39,986 nt of DNA from Chlamydiia bacterium (lineage in GTDB: Bacteria; Chlamydiota; Chlamydiia; Chlamydiales; Parachlamydiaceae), in NCBI GenBank assembly GCA_038257035.1, contig JBBSJT010000006.1, positions 1 through 39,986 on the forward strand, read 5' to 3'. Within the stretch, counting starts at the first letter, position 1, and each line of letters starts with the position of its first letter. Under the pieces are notes generated by a model. That model saw nothing but the letters and a program-made list of their open reading frames with translations, searched no databases and had not been told where the DNA came from. This document shows positions 19,137-28,909 of this stretch, piece by piece. A program made the position numbers and the translations under genes.

Positions 19137-19338
19137 ATTTTTTTTACCGCGAAGAGCGCGAAGGAAGACGCGAAGGCACGCGAAGAAGCGCGCTAAAGCG
19201 CGATAAGCAGAGAACCTCTCCATTTCGCGCGATGGCGCGCTTCTTCGCGTCTCTTCGCGTCTTTCTTCGCGGTCTTCGCGGTAAAAAAATGTAAAAATAA
19301 GGGTATAATAGTTTTTCGTCCTTCGCGGTAAAAAAAAA
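19137..19338. repeat. inverted repeat element, CGCGAAG family, copy 2, plus an extra partial right arm
   Basis: Arms 19137-19193 and 19235-19290 (about 4 mismatches); third partial arm TTCGTCCTTCGCGGTAAAAAAAAA at 19315-19338. Confidence 0.92.
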
Positions 19339-19735
19339 GAGAAGGGGATTGGGTGGGTTTTGTATATTGCCAAAGTCAAAATGGGCCAAGATGAAGGCAA
19401 TTTAGCCTTTCGACAATGCTTTTTTGAAGTTGGAATGGCCTTTCATCAATTTTCACCGTTTCTTAAATAGGTAAAATCCGTTTTCTATAAAAATAATTTT
19501 TTTTTTTTTATTTATCTTTTTTTTTCATTTTTTTAATTTAAAAAAAACCTTACAAGTTGTTTTTAATTATAATGTAGAGACATTTTTCTAAATTTAAGAT
19601 TGTTAAAACTAGCTTCTATTTTTTTGACGAAAATAGAAAAAAAATTGACTCTTAAAAGAAATTTATTGCACAATATATCCAAAGTTAATATTTAGTAAAT
19701 TGTCATGAATCTCTAAAAATAGGAGGGTAAACCCC

Positions 19736-20170
19736 ATGGCATTAAATGATACAATCAAGAATGTAAGAAACCTGCTTGCTAGTATTACGCAAGATTTGGA
19801 AAAAGCTGACAATGGAAACAAAGCAGCAGCACAAAGAGTTCGTACAGGAACAGTTAAGCTTGAAAAAATAGCTAAACTTTACCGTAAAGAATCTATTAAA
19901 GGCGAAAAGTCTAATAAGAAATCAGGCAAAAAAGCAGCTCCTAAAGCTAAAAAAGCAGCTCCTGCTAAAAAAGCAGCTCCTGCTAAAAAAGCAGCTCCAG
20001 CTAAAAAAGCAGCTCCAGCTAAAAAAGCAGCAGCAAAAAGCGCACCTGCTAAAAAAGCTGTTGTGAAAGCTAAGCCAAAAGCTAAAGCTGTACGTTCTAA
20101 AGGTGGCCGCGCATTATCTTTCAAGAAACCAACAGCAAAACTTCCTACTAGAAAAGCTGGCAAAAAATAA
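19736..20170 (+). CDS. hctA: histone H1-like nucleoprotein Hc1
   Basis: MALNDTIKNVRNLLASITQDLEKADNGNKAAAQRVRTGTVKLEKIAKLYRKESIK is the chlamydial Hc1 N-terminus; Lys/Ala-rich tail; AGGAGG RBS. Confidence 0.95.
   Translation: MALNDTIKNVRNLLASITQDLEKADNGNKAAAQRVRTGTVKLEKIAKLYRKESIKGEKSNKKSGKKAAPKAKKAAPAKKAAPAKKAAPAKKAAPAKKAAAKSAPAKKAVVKAKPKAKAVRSKGGRALSFKKPTAKLPTRKAGKK
19928..20057 (+). repeat. 18-bp coding tandem repeat (KKAAPA)n in hctA
   Basis: Repeated AAAAAAGCAGCTCC(T/A)GCT units. Confidence 0.85.
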
Positions 20171-20194
20171 TTGGTTTTATAAGCTACTAAAAGT

Positions 20195-20228
20195 AGGGAG
20201 GCCTGAATTTAAAGCCTCCCTTTTTTTC
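20195..20228 (+). terminator. intrinsic terminator of hctA
   Basis: AGGGAGGC-loop-GCCTCCCT followed by a T-run. Confidence 0.85.
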
Positions 20229-20486
20229 TTAAATTTTTTTATCTTTTCATTTGATTTAATATCTCATTTTAATTAACCTATTAATATTTATAAGTTCCAA
20301 ATAACTATTTCAAAGTTATGAACGATGGGACGGTTCGTACAAGTAGACAAACTTTTAATCGACTTGATTTAAAGTAATAAAGTTTTTACACGATTAATTT
20401 GTTATGTCAGAACCGTTTCCTAGTACTTTTAAAATTATCATTTGCAGCATACCATATTTATTTGGATAGGAATATTAGGATTATCA

Positions 20487-21917
20487 ATGAGAAAAAAGCA
20501 AAATCAATATTTGGAAGTGGAAATTACAGAATTGTCCAAGAAGGGGAATGGAATTGGTTCTGTCATCAAGGAAAGTGGAGCAATTTTAAACGTAGAAGTT
20601 CCCTTTGCCATTCCAAAAGATAAGGTTAAAGTACTTATCAAAAGAAAAAAAAATGGGTGTTGTCAGGGTAAACTCGAAGAAATTATTTGTCCAAGCCCTT
20701 TAAGAATATTGCCAAAATGTATCCATTTTGGCATCTGCGGTGGTTGTCGCTATCAAAACCTTTCCTATGAAGATCAAATAGAACATAAAGAAAAACAAGT
20801 CGCCTACTATTTTAAAGGTCTAATAAATCAAGATGTTAGGGTTTTTCCGATGGTAAAGTCCCCCTTACAATGGCAGTATCGCAACAAAATGGAATATACT
20901 TTTTCATCAGATGCTGCAAATAATCGATATCTTGGGCTTATCATGGATCAAGGGCGTGGCAAAGTGGTAAATTTAACAGAATGCCATCTGACAAACCCCT
21001 GGTTTATCGAAGCCCTTAAAGCCGTTAGACTCTGGTGGGAAGGCACAGATCTTGATGCTTATCATATGATGCGAAATACAGGGTCTCTTCGTACCTTAAC
21101 TGTAAGAGAGGGCACGATGACAAATGATCGTTTGGTCATGTTGACAGTGTCAGGAAACCCTGATTTTGCCCTTCAACGCTCGCATCTTGATAGTTTTGTT
21201 ATGGCTTTGAAAAATGCTGTTGAGCCATCTAGTTTTGAGGGGGCTACTTTAAGCATCTTCTTAAGAATCCATCAGATTGCCAAAGGAATGCCTACAGAGT
21301 TTTATGAAATGCATCTCTACGGGCAAGATCATATCGTTGAAAAATTAAATATTAAATTAGGTGACAAAGAAGATGAAATGCCGATTTCTTTTTCATTAAG
21401 CCCTACGGCCTTTTTTCAACCAAATAGTAAACAGGCATCAAACTTATATTCCAAAGCCATAGAGCTTGCAAATTTCTCAAAAGACGATGTTGTGTATGAC
21501 TTATATTGTGGGACAGGCACAATTGGTATCTCTATTGCAAGATATGTAAAAACAGTTGTCGGTATTGAAATTTCTCGTGAATCCTCTTTGGATGCAAGAG
21601 AGAATGCAAAAAAGAACGGACTTAATAATTACACTGTTTACACAGGGGATGTCTCTTCTGTGCTTGAAAATACAACCTTACCAAAGCCTGACGTTCTCAT
21701 GATTGATCCTCCAAGGGCAGGACTAGAAATTGCTGCAATCAAGCAAATATTGGCTTTAAATGCTAAAAAGATTGTCTATATATCTTGTAATCCTGAAACA
21801 CAGGCTCATGATGTAAAAGAGCTTCAATCTGCAGGATATAAGCTGATTGCAATCCAACCCGTTGATCAATTTCCACAAACCCCGCATATAGAAAATATTG
21901 CCTTACTTATAAGATAA
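20487..21917 (+). CDS. rlmD: 23S rRNA (uracil1939-C5)-methyltransferase
   Basis: TRAM domain, CIHFGICGGC Fe-S motif, AFFQPN, DLYCGTGTIG, DPPRAG, YISCNP, DQFPQTPHIE; ATG 20487 with AGGA RBS. Confidence 0.95.
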   Translation: MRKKQNQYLEVEITELSKKGNGIGSVIKESGAILNVEVPFAIPKDKVKVLIKRKKNGCCQGKLEEIICPSPLRILPKCIHFGICGGCRYQNLSYEDQIEHKEKQVAYYFKGLINQDVRVFPMVKSPLQWQYRNKMEYTFSSDAANNRYLGLIMDQGRGKVVNLTECHLTNPWFIEALKAVRLWWEGTDLDAYHMMRNTGSLRTLTVREGTMTNDRLVMLTVSGNPDFALQRSHLDSFVMALKNAVEPSSFEGATLSIFLRIHQIAKGMPTEFYEMHLYGQDHIVEKLNIKLGDKEDEMPISFSLSPTAFFQPNSKQASNLYSKAIELANFSKDDVVYDLYCGTGTIGISIARYVKTVVGIEISRESSLDARENAKKNGLNNYTVYTGDVSSVLENTTLPKPDVLMIDPPRAGLEIAAIKQILALNAKKIVYISCNPETQAHDVKELQSAGYKLIAIQPVDQFPQTPHIENIALLIR

Positions 21918-21920
21918 AAA

Positions 21921-23021
21921 ATGAAATTTACAGTTGAAAAAAAAGATAATCAATCAAAAGCCCGCATTGGTAAACTTGAAACTGCTCATGGGAGTTTTGA
22001 CACTCCTGTTTTTATGCCTGTGGGCACAAGAGGGGCTGTTAAAACAGTCACCAACAGCCAGCTGCACGACATAAATGCGAATATCATTCTTGGAAATACT
22101 TATCATCTGATGTTAAAGCCAGGTATGGAAATTATCGAAAAGGCAGGGGGGCTGCATCGCTTTATGAATTGGGATCGTTCGATTTTAACAGATTCCGGTG
22201 GATTCCAAGTTTTTTCCCTTTCAGACTTAAATAAGACCACAAATGATGGAGTCTTTTTTAAATCTCATATTGACGGCTCAAAACATTTTTTGGGACCCAA
22301 TGAAAGCATGCAAATTCAAAAAACTTTAGGCTCTGATATTGTCATGGTGTTTGATGAGTGTTCTCCCTACCCTTGTGAAAGGCCTATACTAGAAAGAGCG
22401 ATGGAAAGAACGCATGCTTGGGCCAAACGCTGCCGCGATTTTGAGCTTCAACCTCATCAAAACCTTTTTGGTATTGTTCAAGGGGGCGTGCACCCCGATT
22501 TAAGAGAGCAATCAGCTAAAGCCTTAAGTGCAATTGATTTTGAAGGAATGGCAATTGGTGGTTTGTCGGTTGGTGAACCGGCAGAGATCATGAACCAAGT
22601 ATTAGATGCAACCGTACCATTTTTACCAGACGAAAAACCGCGTTATTTAATGGGAGTTGGAACTCCAAGAAATATCATTGAGGCCGTTATGCGCGGTATC
22701 GATATGTTTGATTGCGTGATGCCAACAAGAAATGCAAGGAACGGTACAGCCTTTACATGGCAAGGTAAGATAAACATCAAAGCAGGGATGTACAAGGATG
22801 ATTTTTCGCCTTTGGATCCGGAACTCAATTGTTATACTTCACAATTTTCAAAAGCTTATATTCGTCATCTATTAAATGTGGATGAAGTGACGGGTCTTAC
22901 GCTTGTGACGATACAAAATCTAGCATTTTATATTGATTTTATGCAAAAATTAAGAGAAGCTATAAAATTAGAAAAACTGACAGAATTTTATCAAAAAATC
23001 TGCTTGATCTATCCGAATTAA
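21921..23021 (+). CDS. tgt: tRNA-guanine transglycosylase
   Basis: TPVFMPVGT, NTYHL, LTDSGGFQVFSL, GGLSVGE, DMFDCVMPTRNARNG. Confidence 0.97.
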   Translation: MKFTVEKKDNQSKARIGKLETAHGSFDTPVFMPVGTRGAVKTVTNSQLHDINANIILGNTYHLMLKPGMEIIEKAGGLHRFMNWDRSILTDSGGFQVFSLSDLNKTTNDGVFFKSHIDGSKHFLGPNESMQIQKTLGSDIVMVFDECSPYPCERPILERAMERTHAWAKRCRDFELQPHQNLFGIVQGGVHPDLREQSAKALSAIDFEGMAIGGLSVGEPAEIMNQVLDATVPFLPDEKPRYLMGVGTPRNIIEAVMRGIDMFDCVMPTRNARNGTAFTWQGKINIKAGMYKDDFSPLDPELNCYTSQFSKAYIRHLLNVDEVTGLTLVTIQNLAFYIDFMQKLREAIKLEKLTEFYQKICLIYPN

Positions 23022-23047
23022 CTAGAAACTAGAAAAAGGTATATAAC

Positions 23048-23446
23048 ATGAAAAAAATGTTCTATTCGCTCACAATGCTACAGATAATTGGAAGTACAGC
23101 CCTATTTGCCCAAGATGACAGGGTTGATCTTCCTCCTCCAACTGATGGTTTGATGCAAACGTTAACAATGATGGCAGTTGCCCTCTTGTTTTTTTATTTT
23201 ATTTTATGGAGACCGGAGCAAAAGCGTCGTAAAGAAATGGAAAAGCAACGTGCAGAGCTAAAAGCCGGTGACAGTGTCACAGCAATGGGAATTGTTGGAA
23301 CAGTTGTTAAAATCCAAGAACATACTGTCATTTTGAAAATGTATGATGGTTCTAAAATTGAAGTTGTTAAAGGTGCTATCACAGATATTAACCTTACAAC
23401 CGATGATACCAAAAAAACCGACATCAGCAAAATCGACTCAAAATAA
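23048..23446 (+). CDS. yajC: preprotein translocase subunit YajC
   Basis: FFYFILWRPEQKRRKE...LKAGDSVTAMGIVGTV; canonical tgt-yajC order. Confidence 0.95.
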   Translation: MKKMFYSLTMLQIIGSTALFAQDDRVDLPPPTDGLMQTLTMMAVALLFFYFILWRPEQKRRKEMEKQRAELKAGDSVTAMGIVGTVVKIQEHTVILKMYDGSKIEVVKGAITDINLTTDDTKKTDISKIDSK

Positions 23447-23473
23447 AAAAAAGACCGCGAAAGCGGTCTTTTT
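23447..23473 (+). terminator. intrinsic (probably bidirectional) terminator after yajC
   Basis: AAAAAAGACCGC-GAAA-GCGGTCTTTTT. Confidence 0.9.
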
Positions 23474-23617
23474 GCATCAATCAAAAATCCCTCCCAAATT
23501 CCTCGCTGTTAAAAATATAAAAAAAATTAATTAAAAAAATTAGTTTAACATTTAGAAAAAAAAATTTATTTGCTATGTTAATTTTAATGACCTTAAAATT
23601 TAGTGAGGAAAATTTTT

Positions 23618-24349
<732 letters not shown>

Positions 24350-24360
24350 TTCAGAATCGT

Positions 24361-24383
24361 GGCACTACATTTTCTGTAGTGCC
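24361..24383 (+). terminator. hairpin after the collagen-like gene
   Basis: GGCACTACA-TTTTC-TGTAGTGCC; weak U-tract. Confidence 0.55.
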
Positions 24384-24433
24384 TCTTACATATCTACTGG
24401 TTCTACTCCAATTTGAAAATTTTTTTAATCTTT

Positions 24434-24549
24434 TGTAGCGTAGGTTTTAACCTGCGCATGTTTTTGCAGGTTTCAACCTGCAATTTAAATAAAATAGAAT
24501 CAACGGGTTTTAACCCGTTGAACATCGCTAAGTTAAAACCTACGCTCAG
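24434..24549. repeat. GTAG-type REP/REPIN-like element, copy 2 (inverted relative to copy 1)
   Basis: TGTAGCGTAGGTTTTAACC...AACATCGCTAAGTTAAAACCTACGCT(-)CAG; internal palindromes TGCAGGTTTCAACCTGCA and CAACGGGTTTTAACCCGTTG. Confidence 0.88.
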
Positions 24550-24889
24550 CTATTTGCCCAAGATGACAAGGTTGATCTTCCTCCTCCTACAGATGGTCTT
24601 ACGCAACATTAACAATAATGGCTGTTTCTTTATTGTTTTTTTATTTTATTTTATGGAAACCGGAACAAAAGCGCCGTAAGGAAATGGAAAAGCAACGTGC
24701 AGAGCTAAAAGCTGGCGATAATGTCACAGCAATGGGAATTGTTGGAACGGTTGTAAAAATTCAAGAACATAGTGTTATCTTAAAAATGTATGATGATCAA
24801 AAATTGAAGTAGTTAAAGGTGCTATCACAGACATCAACCTAACCGAAGATAAAAAAAAGACAGACATCAGTAAAATCGACTCCAAATAA
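24550..24889 (+). pseudogene. yajC: 5'-truncated, frameshifted second copy of yajC
   Basis: Aligns with 23102-23446 from LFAQDD to IDSK-stop. Lacks the start and first ~18 codons. Single-base deletions near 24606 and 24797. Confidence 0.92.
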
Positions 24890-24903
24890 AAGAATATTTG
24901 TCA

Positions 24904-24937
24904 TTTTCTAGTCGCGGGTTTACCCGCGACTAGAAAA
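24904..24937. terminator. perfect palindrome, likely bidirectional terminator
   Basis: TTTTCTAGTCGCGGGT-TT-ACCCGCGACTAGAAAA, 16-bp arms, between the yajC remnant and the convergent RasGEF-like gene. Confidence 0.7.
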
Positions 24938-24951
24938 CGTCGAAATTTACT

Positions 24952-27096
24952 TTATATTTCCTCCCCATCTACATTAATATTCGGACCCCTATTATTATCC
25001 TGTATTTGAAATGCTACTTTCTTCTCACTTTTATCGTTTTGATTAACTTGAACTTGAGGTTGAGACGCCTTTGTTATTTCAGCAAGTTCGTTTTGGTAAT
25101 TCAATTTATCATATTTTTTGTTTTCACCATTCCAGCCAGTCCCTTTTGAAATATCTAATTCACGTTTTACTATTTCGGCCTTAGTGGGAGCAGGTTTTTC
25201 AAAAAAGTCGGCTAGATTGTAATTTCCTATCAAATTACTTTCAATATTTTGTTGTCGGTCATGAAGTTTTTTGAACAATTTTCCCATGATTTGAATACGG
25301 TCTGCGTTAAATTCTTTAGTTTTGTTAATTTCTTTAGTTTCGCTATTTCCCTCACCAACCAAAAAAGTATCTTGAAAAAAAGTCAATGTCGAGATTGGTG
25401 AAGCTGGATTTTCATTTTCCATCTTTCTTAATTTTGTAGAATCCATGGCTATTGATTTAAAATTGACTTGAATTTTTGAATGGTTTTTTTTATTTTTACT
25501 AAAGGCAGAAGGCAATAAATCCTTTAAAGATATAGAATACAGTTTAGGGTTAGTTGGACTATCAAACTCACTAAGAGCAAAATATAGTAACCTTGTAGTT
25601 GCTGGGTCATTAAGAGATATGCTTTGTTCCGCAACTTCTAAATATTTTTTATATGTCTTTATTGCCTCTTTTTTGTCTTTGCATGAGAGAATATCATTTT
25701 GTATAAGATATGTTAATTTATTTTGCATTTCGAGTGATTTCATTGCATTATTAGTTAAAAAGCCCTCTTTACCGTTAAGTTTTTGGTTCGGATCATCTTG
25801 ATGTGTTTTAAGAGCTTTTTCGTCTTGCTCTTTATTTACTATGTCATCAATTGTTATACTTTGCTGAAGCCCAATAAAAAAGCTGCGTAATTCAAGGGCA
25901 ATGTCTTCTGGCTTGCCATTCATAAGTTCACCCCATGAAGTTAATACTTTACCTGTATGCATTTCTTGAGGTGGTTGAGGTTCGCTGAGTGCATTCTCAT
26001 AAATAATAGAAACTTGAGTGAATGTTTTATCAGTTCTTTCGGTGCTGAAAAATGCTTTAACTTGGGGGTCATGATAATCAGTTTTGTGCATTCCTGATTC
26101 AAGCCATTTAACTGCAAAAGCATCACATTTATTTTTCTCAAGTTTACTACCTTCATTAAACATTTTTGTAAGCGATGTAAAAAGCTCTTCAGTTGTCATA
26201 ACAGTTTTATAACCTGCTATGATTTCATTTGGAGTATTAATATTTGCATCCTCATCTAAATCTTCTGCAGCAGTTTCTTTCATGTTTTTAAGAAGAGCAA
26301 TCCCGCGCTCAACCTTAACTGAGTCGACCTTTGAATTTGTTATTTCTATGGTTCCAGCTTTAACAGCTTCTGATTTAACTTTTGAACCAGTTCCAGTCGT
26401 TTCTCTCATGCTTCTAAGAAGATTTAACCCTTTTTCAACATTTCTATGTTTTTTAATGCTAGTAGAAACTACTTTAATTTTTGCTTTCTCTTCTATTGCA
26501 GTTAAAGGCTCTTTAGATGAAGATTGAACTTCAGCTGCTGCTGGTTTTATTTTGCTAAGAAAAGCACTTTTAAGATCGTCAGGTATTTCTCCCAAATCTA
26601 CTTTTGACTTATTTTCTGTTGGAGTTTTAAAGAAATTTTCTTCGTGATCAATTGGCACTTCCTGGTTTTTAACAGATTCAGAGCCACCCATTACTTCATT
26701 GTTTTTAGCTTCTTCTTTTATAAGCTTATCTAAATGATTCGTTTTAAATTTTACGGTCAATTTTTCATTTTTAGTTGTAGGACTATCCAACATTTGATTG
26801 CGTGCTTTAATACCTGAATCTATAAGTTCATCTAATTCTTTATATATCAATTCATCTTCCGCTTTAATTTCATCCGGCACTTCGGTTTTAGAACTTGAAT
26901 GAGAAGCTTCGTTGCCACGGGTTGAATCTTTTTTAGAAGATTTAGGACTACCCATTACTTGCATTTGGGCTGTAACACTTTTCGTTCTAATTTTATCTGT
27001 TTTAGTTGATGAAGTTGTCGATGTAGTTGATGTTGTCGATGTAGTTGATGTTGATGGAGGCATCCCATTGGTAGGATTATCATTTATAGGATTCAT
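24952..27096 (-). CDS. RasGEF-like (REM + CDC25 homology) protein; candidate type III secreted effector
   Basis: REM-like IIAGYKTVMTTEELFTSL...FAVKWLE; CDC25-like PEDIALELRSFFIGLQQSITIDDI...NKLTYLIQNDILS...YKKYLEVAEQSISLND...LYFALS...QDTFLVGEGN...FNADRIQ; Ser/Thr-rich disordered N-terminus; GAGGTG RBS before ATG 27096. Confidence 0.75.
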   Translation of the reverse strand: MNPINDNPTNGMPPSTSTTSTTSTTSTTSSTKTDKIRTKSVTAQMQVMGSPKSSKKDSTRGNEASHSSSKTEVPDEIKAEDELIYKELDELIDSGIKARNQMLDSPTTKNEKLTVKFKTNHLDKLIKEEAKNNEVMGGSESVKNQEVPIDHEENFFKTPTENKSKVDLGEIPDDLKSAFLSKIKPAAAEVQSSSKEPLTAIEEKAKIKVVSTSIKKHRNVEKGLNLLRSMRETTGTGSKVKSEAVKAGTIEITNSKVDSVKVERGIALLKNMKETAAEDLDEDANINTPNEIIAGYKTVMTTEELFTSLTKMFNEGSKLEKNKCDAFAVKWLESGMHKTDYHDPQVKAFFSTERTDKTFTQVSIIYENALSEPQPPQEMHTGKVLTSWGELMNGKPEDIALELRSFFIGLQQSITIDDIVNKEQDEKALKTHQDDPNQKLNGKEGFLTNNAMKSLEMQNKLTYLIQNDILSCKDKKEAIKTYKKYLEVAEQSISLNDPATTRLLYFALSEFDSPTNPKLYSISLKDLLPSAFSKNKKNHSKIQVNFKSIAMDSTKLRKMENENPASPISTLTFFQDTFLVGEGNSETKEINKTKEFNADRIQIMGKLFKKLHDRQQNIESNLIGNYNLADFFEKPAPTKAEIVKRELDISKGTGWNGENKKYDKLNYQNELAEITKASQPQVQVNQNDKSEKKVAFQIQDNNRGPNINVDGEEI

Positions 27097-27116
27097 AACA
27101 CACCTCATAGAATAGT

Positions 27117-27875
27117 TTAAATTATCTTTTCCTGTTCTTCTAAAGCTGATAATAAATCGAGCCAAACAGGATCAATATCTGAAAAAGAAATAATTTTCTT
27201 AGCTTCATCAATTTCATTCGTAGCACTGTCTTGATCTTTTTGATTCAAAAAACACTCGGCTGAAAAAAGTCTTGCACCAATGATTTCGGGGTTGAGCTCT
27301 TTAGATAATCCATAAGCTTCTAGAGCCTGATCCATGTTTCCACATTTTTGAGCAGCAATCCCTAAGCGAAACCAATAATCTGAATCTGTAGCATCTAAGC
27401 TCGTGAGTAAAACAAATATTGATAAGCTTTCTTGACTTTTTTCTTCAAAAAAAGCGCCTACTGCAATTTTAAAGATAGAAAGCATCGCTTCATCAGATAT
27501 CTGGAGTAAACTTTTAAGTTGTTCTGGAATTTTTCCTGAAAGATCAATATGTTCTAACATTTCAGAAGCATGATCGAATTCTAAAAGAAGGTTTTCGTGA
27601 GTTTGACTATCTAAATAGTGTAAACCTTCGGTTTTTATGAAGTCGAAGGCTGTATCAAGAAATTCAACTAGTTCAGGCATTTGAGCATCTGCTTTTATTT
27701 TTTCAAAAAGAGCAGCCTTTTTCATTTGGGGAGTAAGAAGTTTTGAAACATTAGGATCATCTTCAAAAGTGAGACTATCAACGTAGCTTCTAATATCTTT
27801 TTCAATAGCTTCATCAAATTTATCTTTAGTTTTATTAAAACTATTCAATTTAAGCTGAAGAGCAGGATCTTTCAT
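27117..27875 (-). CDS. SycD/LcrH-like TPR type III secretion chaperone with N-terminal extension
   Basis: SLSIFVLLTSLDATDSDYWFRLGIAAQKCGNMDQALEAY...ARLFSAECFL pattern; acidic; GGAGGTGG RBS before ATG 27875. Confidence 0.72.
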   Translation of the reverse strand: MKDPALQLKLNSFNKTKDKFDEAIEKDIRSYVDSLTFEDDPNVSKLLTPQMKKAALFEKIKADAQMPELVEFLDTAFDFIKTEGLHYLDSQTHENLLLEFDHASEMLEHIDLSGKIPEQLKSLLQISDEAMLSIFKIAVGAFFEEKSQESLSIFVLLTSLDATDSDYWFRLGIAAQKCGNMDQALEAYGLSKELNPEIIGARLFSAECFLNQKDQDSATNEIDEAKKIISFSDIDPVWLDLLSALEEQEKII

Positions 27876-27957
27876 AGCCACCTCCATTAAATTAATTATA
27901 ACATTTAAATAATTATAATATACTAAAGAGTTTTCTGCTAAAAAAGATTGAAAAACA

Positions 27958-28572
27958 CTATGATTTTAGAACAGTCAACTCTATCTTAGAATTGTGAACA
28001 CTTACCCATTCTAACTGTTCGCCTGGTTGCCATTGTTGCTTAATTGTTCCAACGGAAATTATCTCTTTTACAAGACCTTGTTCGTTTCGATAAGTAATTT
28101 TATGACAACCATAGCCTATATAATCTTTAAAAAAAAAACCTTGAGGGACATATTTATCAAAAATAGTTAAAGAATCCTCATTAAACTTTTTGCTATTATA
28201 ATGAGATATAATTACTTTTTTCTTTATTATGTTTAGAGTCCCTAAATGAAATTTTTTTATGAAGTTTTCTTTGATTTGAAGTTTCGGACTAAGAGGTGAT
28301 TTATCACATAAAGAAATATTGAGGTTAGCGGCTGCTAGCTGCCAAATCAGATTGTTTTCGGAGTTTTTTACATCTGTATTAGCGAAACGACTCAAATCTT
28401 CTAATGAGCAAAGTGAAACAACATGATTTTTCAAATCTTGTGGAAGTTGATCAAAAGGAAAGTTAATTTGCTTAGTATCTTGTTTTTCCGATATTTCATG
28501 AATCTCAGATTCGTTCTTATTTTTTATCTTAAAAAATGTTAAGGTTTTAGAAAATTTTTCTTGTATATTCAT
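27958..28572 (-). CDS. F-box-like protein
   Basis: FPFDQLPQDLKNHVVSLCSLEDLSRFANTD...LIWQ F-box pattern; AAGGA RBS before ATG 28572. Confidence 0.68.
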   Translation of the reverse strand: MNIQEKFSKTLTFFKIKNKNESEIHEISEKQDTKQINFPFDQLPQDLKNHVVSLCSLEDLSRFANTDVKNSENNLIWQLAAANLNISLCDKSPLSPKLQIKENFIKKFHLGTLNIIKKKVIISHYNSKKFNEDSLTIFDKYVPQGFFFKDYIGYGCHKITYRNEQGLVKEIISVGTIKQQWQPGEQLEWVSVHNSKIELTVLKS

Positions 28573-28735
28573 TTTATATTCCTTTTTCATTAAGTAAAAC
28601 CCTACAGTACCATAAATGATGTTTTATTAATAGTTTTTTATTGTTTTATAAAATAATGAGTATTAGATTTACCGAGATCGTGAAGGAACAGCTATGTTGG
28701 ATTTAGAGGTTCTACAGGAAAATGAAAAGTTTCGG

Positions 28736-28845
28736 ATTTTTTTACCAGTGAGGCAGTGAGAAAGACATGAGGACAATGAGAGGCTCTGCTTACATAAACC
28801 TCTCACTGATCTCATGTCTTTCTCACTGCCTCACTGTAAAAAAAT
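28736..28845. repeat. inverted repeat element, CAGTGAG family, copy 2 (15-bp spacer)
   Basis: ATTTTTTTACCAGTGAGGCAGTGAGAAAGACATGAGGACAATGAGAGG ... CCTCTCACTGATCTCATGTCTTTCTCACTGCCTCACTGTAAAAAAAT. Confidence 0.92.
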
Positions 28846-28909
28846 ATTATTTGGTATGATCAAGAGATACCTGCATATAATTTTCATATGGAGTAAAACC
28901 AGTATACAC

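Noticed and set aside
19116..19400. ORFs 19116..19400 and 19144..19389 (-)
   Set aside because: They are translations of the GC-rich palindromic repeat; Arg-rich low-complexity products with no RBS.
19879..20163. antisense ORF with (AAFLAG)n
   Set aside because: Mirror of the hctA KKAAPA repeat.
24413..24812. ORFs 24413..24679 and 24618..24812 as real genes
   Set aside because: The first reads through the REP element. The second is the in-frame middle part of the frameshifted yajC remnant.
27097..27165. N-terminal 23 codons of the 737-aa ORF
   Set aside because: They overlap the upstream chaperone gene; a strong RBS supports ATG 27096 instead.
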